From Bacteroidales bacterium (lineage in GTDB: Bacteria; Bacteroidota; Bacteroidia; Bacteroidales; VadinHA17), in the NCBI GenBank assembly GCA_049294075.1, contig JBAQCK010000170.1, positions 5,593 to 69,592 on the forward strand: 64,000 nt of DNA, read 5' to 3'. Shown here one piece after another: positions 52,319 through 61,695 of the stretch (within the stretch, counting starts at the first letter, position 1; every line of letters begins with the position of its first letter). The position numbers were made by a program, and so were the translations under genes. The notes beneath the pieces were generated by a model. It searched no databases. It saw only the letters and a list, made by a program, of their open reading frames with translations, and had not been told where the DNA came from.

Positions 52319-55300
52319 TTACTCCAGTCCTTCCAGTTCGGACTTTGCATACAAACTGGCGGATGAGAGTTCCATGGCTTTCTTCAGGTTGGCACGTGCC
52401 TCGGGAATATTTCCCAGACCTTTGTTGCCAAGACCTTTCAGCAGATAAGCGTTCGACAGCCGGGCATTTTCGGCTTCACGTTCCCCGAACTTGGCGAAGA
52501 AATCAACCTCGCGCGTCTCACCGCGGCTTATCTGCCTGTCACCCTCCGAAATGATCGCACTGAAGGCCTTTTCAGCTTCTGTTTTATTTCCAAGCGCTAA
52601 CCAGCTTAACCCCTGGTAATACCTGATGTAGCTCGAACCCATTGCTTCCCGGGCAGTTGACATCTGGAAATACTTCCTTGCCTTCGATTTGCTGCGCATT
52701 GCCTCATAAGCCGATCCGATAAAATAATCGACCTGGTAGTTCCTGTTGCCAAAACGGCTTCCTCCGGCTTCTTCCTCAGGAACCCGGGCCAGCAGGAATT
52801 GGTCGAGGGCTTTTGAGTAGTTCTTTTCAGCCATATGTTTCTTTCCAAGCATCAGATGGGCATCGATCATTATATCCCTTACCCTCGAGCTTCCTTCCCG
52901 ATAACTGAATTGTTTTCCTTCAAGATATTCAACCGACTTCTCAGGCTTACCGGCAAGTGTCAGCACGGTAATCTGACGGGCAAAGGCATCATCCCTTGCC
53001 GAGACAATCTCATTATTTCCGTCGAAAAGGGCAAGCCTTTTTGAGACAGGAGAATTGCTCATCTCGTATAGTGCATCCAGTTCCTCATAGTATACCGGCT
53101 CATTCTTATTAAGCGAGATGGCCTTTTCATAGGAGGCAATCGCTTTAACTCCGTCGCCAAGATGACGGTAATAACCCCATCCGAGGTTACGGTGGGCAAT
53201 GGCCAGCGACGGATCGAGCCTGACTGAGTTCTCCCAGGCTTCAATTGCCTTTGCCGGCTGCTTGTCGTAAAGCAAATTGCCAAGGTAATACCATGGTCTG
53301 GAGTCGGTTGCGTTATATTCCGAGACCGTCTTCAGCACATCAACTGTTTCAAGCCTGAAAGGGAATATATAATCGACGGGAAGCGCCGAGCCTTCCCTGA
53401 AAAGCCTTGCCGCTTCATCACGGTTACCCTTCATGTGGCTTATATACCCGATGTAATAACTTACGAGCGGATTACTGCCTTTGAAACGCTTCAGGACGTC
53501 TTCTGCTTCATCCGCCAGCCCGTCGTTAAGATACGCAACAGCCAGCTCGAGGTAATTCTGAACATGATCCCTCATCTTCATAGTAATTGATTCCAGTGCC
53601 CGGGCTGTGTTCTGATCGTCTCCCGATTCACGGAACAGGAGGTATAGCTCATTTGCAATCCTGAAGTCGAGAGGATCCTCCAGGGCAGGACGGGAAATCA
53701 TTTCCAAAGCTTCCCTGGTCCGGTCCAGCTTCCTTAAGATTGATGCCCTGAGAGCAATGGCGCTGTTGTTTCGCGAATTGGTCGACAGGGATTCATCCAC
53801 CCTGTCCAGGGCGCTGCTGAAATCTCCCCTTATCGAAGCTATTCTTGCAAGTTCGAGATATGCGGCCGAATGGAACGCATAATCCCATGTTGCACGGAAC
53901 AGGGTGTCGGTTGCTTCATCAAAAAGCCCCATTGCCTTGAGTGTAAGCCCCTGAAGATAGAGCGCCTCGCAATCGGAAGGCCGGGTAAAGTCCTTTGTCA
54001 GCCTTTGAATTGCCCTTGAAAAGTGGTGTCTTGCTGTCGGATAGTCGCCGTTTTTCAGTGATATGTTTCCCACTGCAGTGTTCGTGCGGACATCAAACGG
54101 ATCCCTTTCAAGCGCCTCCCTGTAATAATCCATCGCGTTGAGGGTCGGGTTGTGGAACTGCTCTATCCTGCTGCCTGCCAGGAAAAGCTCCTCAACTGTC
54201 GGGATGTCGGCAGGCAACGGAGGCCGTTTCACCTCCTCAGGCAGGCTGTCGGGTTTGATTATTTCAACCGGCTGGTAAGACACCAGAATTTCCCCGGTTT
54301 CGCTGTCTTTTATTTCCGTGTAAAGATCGGTGAGCTTGAAAGGACCGCCAGGCTTTATTGTCGTGGTAAAGGCTTTTTCGGGCGAAACCTCAGCTTCTCC
54401 TGAAAATACTGTCTTATCCCCGTTTCTGAGAATAATAGCCGCCCTGCTTACTTTCCTGGTAAGACAATATCCAAGGAAGACCTGGTCTTTCTCCCTCGTT
54501 TCAAGGTTCACGGCTCCGTTGAGATTTGCATTCTTAAATCCGCCAATGTCCTTTACCGGATACCAGTACTGGGTGATCTTCTTTACTTCATAGGGTTTTA
54601 TCCAGCTGTAATCGGGCTGATTGTCTGAAAAGGCCCCTGTCATAATCTCAACATAGGGTCCGTCATTCTCAGTGAGCCTGCCTTCTGTGGCCTGACCCCC
54701 GGGGCCCGATCCCCATTCCCAGAGCTTGGCCCCCTTTACAATGTTATGATCGCCGATATGTACCGTGCCGGTCTCCCTGCCATGGTCGTAGCCTCCCATG
54801 AAATCCTCCTTAAGGTCATGGGCAAAGAATGAATTTGACGACGGTGAGTTTTTCCACCAGCTGATATCAACTCCCCTTGTAAAATCATGACCAGCGTAAA
54901 CCTCTGTTGAGAATGGCCAGTGAGTGAAACTGTTCTTGGCATGGTAGGTGGCCACAGTGACGCTCGGGGGAAAGATAACCTGGTAATTTTCATTTGTATG
55001 AGCCGCAACATTGGCCCAGTACAGGAATGTATGCGTCAGAGAAGTGGGGTTATGGATAAAGATTTCGGACCTGAAGTAAGATCTTCCCGGGAATACTGTA
55101 ATCCCGGCAGTCCATCTCATCCTGTGCCGGGGCTCCGTTTCGCCTATCCATATTGTTTTGCTTCCGTCGCTGTTTTCAGATGTTGTGTAATCTACATTCA
55201 TGAACGTTGAAGCCCTGTGATGGTGAAGGACACACCATTCTATACCTCCCGAAACCCATGCTCCGAGCATCCCGATGTTCGAGGGCTTGACCACGTTGTT

Positions 55301-55663
55301 CTTATATATGAAGTTGTACCCGTTCGACTTGTCGGCAGCATAATAGAGCTTGCCCCCGATCTCCGGAGTTACACAAAGTTCAATATATTCATTCTCAAGC
55401 TTTAAGGCTTTCCATGCTTTGTCAGTCCTTTTATCGGTTATCACATCATTCATTGCATACGGGTAGATGTATTTTGATGCTCCCTGGTACGACTCACCCT
55501 TGAAGAACATTGGATTTTTGTCGGGCGGTGCCACTTCATAGGTGGGGAGTACCCATTCGTATGAGCTAAGCTTCACCTGGGCCTGCGCAGTGCTCCATAG
55601 TGATAACAGTGCAATAACCGCAAACACGGTTCTGAATCTGAAAAATAAACCTGGTTGTTTCAT
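52319..55663 (-). CDS. DUF5107-like domain protein with a long C-terminal TPR array, secreted
   Basis: 1114 aa with a signal peptide. The N-terminal half is beta-rich (aldose-epimerase-like supersandwich character). The C-terminal half consists of many TPR-like A..Y....L repeats. Confidence 0.55.
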   Translation of the reverse strand: MKQPGLFFRFRTVFAVIALLSLWSTAQAQVKLSSYEWVLPTYEVAPPDKNPMFFKGESYQGASKYIYPYAMNDVITDKRTDKAWKALKLENEYIELCVTPEIGGKLYYAADKSNGYNFIYKNNVVKPSNIGMLGAWVSGGIEWCVLHHHRASTFMNVDYTTSENSDGSKTIWIGETEPRHRMRWTAGITVFPGRSYFRSEIFIHNPTSLTHTFLYWANVAAHTNENYQVIFPPSVTVATYHAKNSFTHWPFSTEVYAGHDFTRGVDISWWKNSPSSNSFFAHDLKEDFMGGYDHGRETGTVHIGDHNIVKGAKLWEWGSGPGGQATEGRLTENDGPYVEIMTGAFSDNQPDYSWIKPYEVKKITQYWYPVKDIGGFKNANLNGAVNLETREKDQVFLGYCLTRKVSRAAIILRNGDKTVFSGEAEVSPEKAFTTTIKPGGPFKLTDLYTEIKDSETGEILVSYQPVEIIKPDSLPEEVKRPPLPADIPTVEELFLAGSRIEQFHNPTLNAMDYYREALERDPFDVRTNTAVGNISLKNGDYPTARHHFSRAIQRLTKDFTRPSDCEALYLQGLTLKAMGLFDEATDTLFRATWDYAFHSAAYLELARIASIRGDFSSALDRVDESLSTNSRNNSAIALRASILRKLDRTREALEMISRPALEDPLDFRIANELYLLFRESGDDQNTARALESITMKMRDHVQNYLELAVAYLNDGLADEAEDVLKRFKGSNPLVSYYIGYISHMKGNRDEAARLFREGSALPVDYIFPFRLETVDVLKTVSEYNATDSRPWYYLGNLLYDKQPAKAIEAWENSVRLDPSLAIAHRNLGWGYYRHLGDGVKAIASYEKAISLNKNEPVYYEELDALYEMSNSPVSKRLALFDGNNEIVSARDDAFARQITVLTLAGKPEKSVEYLEGKQFSYREGSSRVRDIMIDAHLMLGKKHMAEKNYSKALDQFLLARVPEEEAGGSRFGNRNYQVDYFIGSAYEAMRSKSKARKYFQMSTAREAMGSSYIRYYQGLSWLALGNKTEAEKAFSAIISEGDRQISRGETREVDFFAKFGEREAENARLSNAYLLKGLGNKGLGNIPEARANLKKAMELSSASLYAKSELEGLE

Positions 55664-55856
55664 TTCTGATGTTTTTGCATTTGGCCTGAGAAAAGAAAAC
55701 TAAGAAATCCTTGAAATTGAAATTTACATCCATTTCCGGCAAACAGGGATCAACGAATGCTTAAAGTTAAAGGTTTAATTTGATCAAAATTCTTAACTTT
55801 ATTCGTTCCAATCCAAAAGGCAGTCCACAAACTTATGTTTTAACAAATATTAACTT

Positions 55857-57134
55857 ATGTCAAAAATAGCTCTGATTCCTGCACTTGTATTTTTTCTTAT
55901 CAGTCCGGGACGATGCACCGGCAATCATAAAATAAGCCCGGAACAGAAGCAGAAACTCATTCAGCTGCGGCAGGAGGTTTCTGATAACCTTACAGGGAAT
56001 ATCCTTCCGTACTGGACAAACAGGATGGTTGACAATGAAAACGGAGGGTTCTACGGCCGGATCGACGGCAATGAAAAAGTGTATCCTCAGGCCGAGAAGG
56101 GAGGGATCCTGAATGCCAGGATACTCTGGACCTATTCCTCTGCATACAGGGTGCTGGGAGACACCGGTTACCTTCGTATTGCCACAAGAGCCAGGGATTA
56201 CATACTGGCCCATTTTATCGACAGGGAATCAGGTGGCGCTTTTATGAGTGTCAATGCCGACGGAACCCCGGGAAACACAAGGAAACAGGTTTATACAAAT
56301 GCTTTTTTTATTTATGCGCTTGCCGAATACAGCAGGGCAACAGGCGACAAAGCTTCACTTGAAGAGGCAAAAAAGATTTTTGACATGCTTGAAAAACATG
56401 CTGCCGACCGGGAGCATGGCGGATATTTCGAGGTTTTCAGCAGGGAGTGGGAGAGAATAAGGGAGCGGCTGATTGGCGAGGAATCAGACCTTACTGAAAA
56501 GACAATGAATACCAGTCTTCATGTGATGGAAGCCTATGCAAACCTTTACAGGGTGTCGGGTGATAAGGAAGTGGGAGAAAAGCTCGAAACTATGGTCAGG
56601 ATCTTTCTTGATAAGATAATAGATAAAAATACATCACATCTTATACCTTTTCTCGACAGAAGCTGGAGCAGCACGGCCCATATTGATTCGTACGGCCACG
56701 ATATCGAGAGTTCCTGGCTTCTGTATGAAGCTGCGGGACTCCTGAATGACAGCGAATTGCTTGAACAGACAGCCAGGGCATCAATTGCAATTGCGAATGC
56801 GGCAGCAGAAGGACTTCGTCCCGACGGCAGTATGATTACAGAGAAGAACCATGCGACCGGACATATCAGTCCCAGGACATCGTGGTGGGAGCAGGCCGAA
56901 TCGGTTGTAGGTTACCTGAATGCCTTTGAGCTGACCGGCGACGAAGCGTACCTTGAAAAGTCGCTCAGGTCGTGGGAATACATTAAGAAAAATTTTATTG
57001 ACAGGAAGAACGGCGGATGGTACAGCTACGTCTCGGAATCGGGAGTACCCTCAGGCGACAAGACCGGATTCTGGATCTGTCCCTATCACAGCGGAAGAAT
57101 GTGCATGGAAGTTTTGGAAAGAGTGAGGGAATGA
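55857..57134 (+). CDS. N-acylglucosamine 2-epimerase (AGE) superfamily isomerase/epimerase with an N-terminal signal-like segment
   Basis: 425 aa. NILPYWTNRMVDNENGGFYGRID and repeated (alpha/alpha)6 barrel motifs. The N-terminus MSKIALIPALVFFLISPGRC is hydrophobic. Confidence 0.75.
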   Translation: MSKIALIPALVFFLISPGRCTGNHKISPEQKQKLIQLRQEVSDNLTGNILPYWTNRMVDNENGGFYGRIDGNEKVYPQAEKGGILNARILWTYSSAYRVLGDTGYLRIATRARDYILAHFIDRESGGAFMSVNADGTPGNTRKQVYTNAFFIYALAEYSRATGDKASLEEAKKIFDMLEKHAADREHGGYFEVFSREWERIRERLIGEESDLTEKTMNTSLHVMEAYANLYRVSGDKEVGEKLETMVRIFLDKIIDKNTSHLIPFLDRSWSSTAHIDSYGHDIESSWLLYEAAGLLNDSELLEQTARASIAIANAAAEGLRPDGSMITEKNHATGHISPRTSWWEQAESVVGYLNAFELTGDEAYLEKSLRSWEYIKKNFIDRKNGGWYSYVSESGVPSGDKTGFWICPYHSGRMCMEVLERVRE

Positions 57135-57147
57135 TTAAGGAATTTGC

Positions 57148-57155
57148 TAAATTTG
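57148..57155 (+). promoter_or_regulatory. Candidate -7 promoter box (TAAATTTG) for the S8 peptidase operon
   Basis: Exact TAnnTTTG 22 nt upstream of the ATG at 57178. Confidence 0.45.
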
Positions 57156-57177
57156 GGTGAGTTAATGTCTGAATAAT

Positions 57178-58842
57178 ATGTACACTTACACATTTGGCGG
57201 CAAGAACGGCACAAGGCACGTTCTGCACGAAAGCACCGACATGGTCGCTGTTCGTACACGAAACTCAAGGGATCTCGACACTGCGGTGATCTCGGAAAAG
57301 GGCAAGAAAGCTCTCCTTAGCCTTAAGATGGTTGCGGAATTCCCCGAAGCTGATATAACTGTCTTCAGGACGAAGGCGGCGGTAAAGGACAGGGTTGCAG
57401 CAAGGAACAAGGCAAAGTCAGTGTTAAAAAAGGAACCTGAGCTAAGGTTCGTTGGAAAGGTGCTTGTCGAGGAAGACGGAAAAACAGTGGTGTTGTATAC
57501 CGAAAATATCTTCATAAAATTCCACGATGATGTGCCTCCGGGCAAATGTGAAGAGCTCGTTTCGGATAATAATCTTAAAATAAAGCAGAAGACAGGTTTT
57601 GCTGAGAACTCTTATTTCGTAAGTGCTCCTGAAGATACCGGACTCCGTATTTTTGAGATAGCTGAATCGCTCCTGCAGATGAAAGAGGTCGAATTGTGCC
57701 ACCCTGAGCTGATAAGGAAAAGAGGACTGAAAAGGATCAATCCGAATCAATGGCATCTGATGGCAACCGGCATTGGCGGAGTACGGATCAATGAAGGGGT
57801 CAGCGCCGATCTGGCCCTTGATCTGACCCTGGGCGAAAATGTTACTATCGCGTTGATAGACGATGGTTTTGACATTGACCATGCTGAGTTCAATAGTCCG
57901 GGGAAAGTTGTGCATTCGCGCGATATTTCGTCAAACAGCAATGATCCCCGGCCGCGAAACAGCTGGGACAACCATGGTACAGCCTGTGCGGGTATTGCAG
58001 CTGCAGGGGGAGCAGAGGCATCGGGGGTCGCTCCCGGGGCCTGGCTGATGCCGGTCAGGCTCAGCTCGAGCCTGGGATCAATGGCCGAGGCAAACGCTTT
58101 CCTTTGGGCGGCCGATCACGGCGCTGATGTTATCTCATGCAGCTGGGGACCGGAGGATGGCAACTGGTCTGATCCGGGCGACCCTGTTCATACAACACTG
58201 ATCGACCTTCCCGACAGTACAAGGCTTGCCATCGATTATGCCGTGGCTAAAGGGCGCGGCGGCCTGGGATGCGTTATTGCTTTTGCAGCCGGAAACGGGA
58301 ATGAGGACTGTAGCTTTGACGGCTACGCGAGTTATCCGAAGGTGATGGCAGTGGCCGCATGCAACGACAGGGGAAAAAGATGCATTTACAGCGATTACGG
58401 AAAAGAGATATGGTGCTCCTTTCCCAGCAGCGACATTGGCTATGAGCCTTTTAACCACCCTGAACCCCTTACTCCCGGAATTTACACGACCGACAGGACA
58501 GGAAGGGAAGGTTACAATGCCAAAGGAGACTACACTGACAGCTTCGGCGGAACATCAGGCTCCTGCCCCGGGGTCGCCGGAACTGCTGCTCTGATCCTGT
58601 CAGTCGATAAGAATCTTACATGGGAACAGGTCAGGCGCATCATCAGGGATACCTGCGATAAAATTGATCTTGCCGGTGGGGATTATGATTCCGGCGGACA
58701 CAGCAATCTTTACGGATTCGGACGGATCAACGCCGAAAAGGCAGTTCTGATGGCTCTCTCGCTTAAATCAGCATCATCAGACGGCAGGCAACAGCAACCG
58801 CGGAGGAGAAAAACCGGTGCGGGACGAAAAATCAACGCGTAA
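57178..58842 (+). CDS. S8 family serine peptidase, kexin/furin-like catalytic domain, no signal peptide, about 200-aa N-terminal extension
   Basis: Catalytic Asp in IALIDDGFD (57859-57861), His in WDNHGTACAG (57973-57975), Ser in GGTSGSCPGVAG (58555-58557), and the S8B-like SCSWGPEDG..GRGGLGCVIAFAAGNGNE. An in-frame TAA at 57163 precludes an upstream extension. The C-terminal tail is basic (PRRRKTGAGRK). Confidence 0.85.
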   Translation: MYTYTFGGKNGTRHVLHESTDMVAVRTRNSRDLDTAVISEKGKKALLSLKMVAEFPEADITVFRTKAAVKDRVAARNKAKSVLKKEPELRFVGKVLVEEDGKTVVLYTENIFIKFHDDVPPGKCEELVSDNNLKIKQKTGFAENSYFVSAPEDTGLRIFEIAESLLQMKEVELCHPELIRKRGLKRINPNQWHLMATGIGGVRINEGVSADLALDLTLGENVTIALIDDGFDIDHAEFNSPGKVVHSRDISSNSNDPRPRNSWDNHGTACAGIAAAGGAEASGVAPGAWLMPVRLSSSLGSMAEANAFLWAADHGADVISCSWGPEDGNWSDPGDPVHTTLIDLPDSTRLAIDYAVAKGRGGLGCVIAFAAGNGNEDCSFDGYASYPKVMAVAACNDRGKRCIYSDYGKEIWCSFPSSDIGYEPFNHPEPLTPGIYTTDRTGREGYNAKGDYTDSFGGTSGSCPGVAGTAALILSVDKNLTWEQVRRIIRDTCDKIDLAGGDYDSGGHSNLYGFGRINAEKAVLMALSLKSASSDGRQQQPRRRKTGAGRKINA

Positions 58843-58854
58843 CACCTACATAAT

Positions 58855-59325
58855 ATGAGCAGACAAGTTATATCATCGGCCGATATCAGGCGTATGAGCC
58901 AGACCGGGGCTGGCAACAAGAACACGGAACAGCAGGCTTATCCGGCCACCCGCGATACATATTCCGACAGGCTGTTTAAGTACATTCCGGCCGAGATTGT
59001 TGCCGGCTATATATTCGCAACCGGTATGCTGGAAAACCTGACAAAGGCAGGCGAGATCCGTGTTTTTCAATGGGGATTGTTCCTGATCTTCCTTATCCTG
59101 ACACCTCTCTACCTGTGGAGAGTCCAGAAGGTGCAGAAAAGAGGCCAGCATATCATCTCATCGGTTTCATTTGTGGTTTGGGTATTTGCCCTGGGCGGAC
59201 CTTTTTCGCTTTATAGCTGGTATAATCCTGTTTACGGAGCCGTTCTTCTGCCTGTTTTCACTCTGGCAGTGGCAATAGTGGAAGCTGATGAGCAAGCCGC
59301 CCTTGTCGATGAGAGAGGGCTTTAA
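58855..59325 (+). CDS. Small hypothetical 4-TM membrane protein
   Basis: 156 aa, 12 nt downstream of the S8 stop. It has a hydrophilic N-terminus of about 40 aa containing RR, then four hydrophobic segments. No family recognised. Confidence 0.5.
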   Translation: MSRQVISSADIRRMSQTGAGNKNTEQQAYPATRDTYSDRLFKYIPAEIVAGYIFATGMLENLTKAGEIRVFQWGLFLIFLILTPLYLWRVQKVQKRGQHIISSVSFVVWVFALGGPFSLYSWYNPVYGAVLLPVFTLAVAIVEADEQAALVDERGL

Positions 59326-60191
59326 ATCCCTTTCAGGAAGTCGGCGCTTGGTTTGAAGTGCTCTTCCGACATCTCGACAAAGATATTTTTCACTCCGCCT
59401 GCATTAAGTGAGGCAAAGAAATCCTTCCAGTCGACCATACCCTGTCCGACCGGCACAGCGGCTTTCTTTTCTTCCGACCAGTCGGCAAGGTGAGCCGAGA
59501 TAAAACGTCCGGGATATTTCCTGAAATAGTCCTGGGCCTTGTATCCTATATTGACTACTGCAACCTGGAACTGCATCTTTACGAGTTCCGGGTCGAACTG
59601 CTGAAGCAATATTTCATAGATCAGTGTTCCGTCGATCTTTTCAAATTCGCCGTGATGATTATGAAATCCCATCTGAATACCGGCATTTTTTGCTTTCCGC
59701 CCCATCTGGTTCAGCTCATCAGCAGCCTTCTTCCAGTCGTCGGCTGTTGCATTCTTTGGAAGTCCGAAACTTGAAAGTACCATCTGCGTCTGACCCGACT
59801 CCAGGGCAAATTCAATCCTTTCGTCAAGATGTTCCCTGAACTCGTTCATGCCGTAATGAGAACTGGGAAAGATAAGGCCCGCATCGTTGATGATCTGCTT
59901 CATCTCTTTGGCTTTCAGTAGCATCAACGGACCGAAACCGGATGATTCATACCCCGGAGGTGAACACATCTCAACACTCTGATACCCCAGGGCAGCCATT
60001 TTCCTGAGCGTGCCAGGGAAATCCTTTATCAGCGCTTCCCTCACGGTCCAGACCTGAAATCCGATGGGCATCGCGACGGGGAGGGAAGAAGTTATGGCAT
60101 TCAGTCCGGCAGGGATGTGGGAAGCCATTAGGGCCGACCCGATTCCCAATGCAGTGGTTCCCAGAAATTTCCTTCTTGATATCCTTTCCAT
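59322..60191 (-). CDS. Sugar phosphate isomerase/epimerase (xylose-isomerase-like TIM barrel) with a twin-arginine signal
   Basis: 289 aa. Tat motif SRRKFLGTTALGIGSA and TIM-barrel family segments (GYQSVEM, GFHNHHGEF). Confidence 0.75.
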   Translation of the reverse strand: MERISRRKFLGTTALGIGSALMASHIPAGLNAITSSLPVAMPIGFQVWTVREALIKDFPGTLRKMAALGYQSVEMCSPPGYESSGFGPLMLLKAKEMKQIINDAGLIFPSSHYGMNEFREHLDERIEFALESGQTQMVLSSFGLPKNATADDWKKAADELNQMGRKAKNAGIQMGFHNHHGEFEKIDGTLIYEILLQQFDPELVKMQFQVAVVNIGYKAQDYFRKYPGRFISAHLADWSEEKKAAVPVGQGMVDWKDFFASLNAGGVKNIFVEMSEEHFKPSADFLKGI

Positions 60192-60270
60192 TTGACCTGA
60201 TTTTTTAGCGGTTACATGATTTTAATTGAAAAAGTGGTTTCATTCAAAGATACTAATAAAACAACATACT

Positions 60271-60278
60271 TATCTTTG
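60271..60278 (+). promoter_or_regulatory. Candidate -7 promoter box (TATCTTTG)
   Basis: Exact TAnnTTTG 65 nt upstream of the 60343 start. Confidence 0.35.
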
Positions 60279-60342
60279 AAGACAAAGTGCCTTTGACTAT
60301 CTTTCAGCCGATTTTGATTTCAATAACAAAAATTACGGGAAA

Positions 60343-60912
60343 ATGACAAGAAAGGTATTATTCACCGTGTTAGCCATACTGGCAGCGGGAACTTTATTAC
60401 TGAACGGGCAGACAACAGTAGTAAGTGCTTCTGATGTTATCATGTCGGGATATTCGGCCAAAAGCTTCAGCGCCGACTCTGTTTCCGACGGAAATCTTGA
60501 GACGATCCTGAGGTGTGGAATGAAGGCGCCCAGCGCCAGGAACAGCCAGCCGTGGAGGTTCACCGTAATAAGGAACAATGACCTGATAAGCGAAGTGCTT
60601 CGCGGGCCGGCCCCGGGGAATGTACTGGTAATAATATCAGGTACCGAGGATAAAGAGGTTGGGATGTTTGTAGATTACGACTGCGGACTTGCCACCCAGA
60701 ACATGTATATAGCGGCTCAGAGTCTCGGACTGGGCGCACATATCTATACCAGCCCCATTGCAAATATCAACTCGAAGAAGGAAAGCTTCGGAATTCCTGC
60801 AGGTTTCAGGGCTGTTGCCGTGCTGCGTATCGGTAATATCGACAAGGGAGTCGATGCCGTGTCGTCGGCCTCACCCCGAAAGACCTATGAGGAGATTGTA
60901 AGCTTTAAGTAG
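60343..60912 (+). CDS. Nitroreductase family protein with an N-terminal signal-like segment
   Basis: 189 aa. APSARNSQPWRF is the nitroreductase FMN-binding signature. The N-terminus MTRKVLFTVLAILAAGTLLL is hydrophobic. Confidence 0.75.
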   Translation: MTRKVLFTVLAILAAGTLLLNGQTTVVSASDVIMSGYSAKSFSADSVSDGNLETILRCGMKAPSARNSQPWRFTVIRNNDLISEVLRGPAPGNVLVIISGTEDKEVGMFVDYDCGLATQNMYIAAQSLGLGAHIYTSPIANINSKKESFGIPAGFRAVAVLRIGNIDKGVDAVSSASPRKTYEEIVSFK

Positions 60913-60937
60913 TACTTCTGAAGCAGAACGTAACAAC

Positions 60938-61672
60938 ATGAGAAAAACAGCGATTTTATTACTGATGCTCCTTGTGACATCCCGGGCTGCAGTGAAGGTC
61001 AGTTTTGGACAGGGCATAGCAGGGGAGAATGATGCACTTATCATACGTAATTGCACGGATTTCAATGTTACCGGCGATGGAACCAACGATCAGTGGAATA
61101 AGACTGACTGGGTATTCCTCAGCCATCAGGGCTCCGGTTTCATCGATTATAAGACCAGGGTAAAAGTGCTGAGTTCCCCGGCAGGGATATATTTCCTGTT
61201 TGATTGTGAGGACGAAAAGCTGACCACCACTTTAAAGGGAGACAATCTCAATCTGTGGGAAGAGGATGTGGTTGAGGTATTTCTGTGGCCTGCAGAAGAT
61301 TTCCCTGTTTATTTCGAGTATGAAGTTTCACCGATGAATTAAGAACTGCCTATTCTTGTCCCCAATTACAATGGGAAATTCCTTGGATGGCTGCCCTGGA
61401 ATTACGAAGGCGATAAAAAAGTTGTTCACGCCACCTCGGTCAGGGGAGGAGAGATGGTCAGCGGGGGTAAGGTCACCGCCTGGACTGCTGAGTTCTTCAT
61501 TCCCTACAAGCTCCTTGCACCATTGCCTCAGGTTCCGCCGGAATCTGGCGCCAGGTGGAGGGCAAATATGTACAGGATCGATTACGACAAAGGGGCTTCC
61601 CATTTTTCATGGAAGAAGACTTCAGGTACTTTCCACGATTATAACCGTTTCGGTACCTTTATTTTTGAATAG
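60938..61672 (+). pseudogene. CBM9-like (carbohydrate-binding family 9 / DOMON-like) secreted protein interrupted by a single in-frame TAA
   Basis: ORFs 60938-61342 and the downstream coding segment are in the same frame. The reading is ...YFEYEVSPMN-TAA-ELPILVPNYNGKFLGWLPWNYEG...RFGTFIFE, with the stop at 61340-61342. The two parts together form one 244-codon domain. Confidence 0.65.
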
Positions 61673-61695
61673 GCCGGACGAATGCCCGGCTGATT

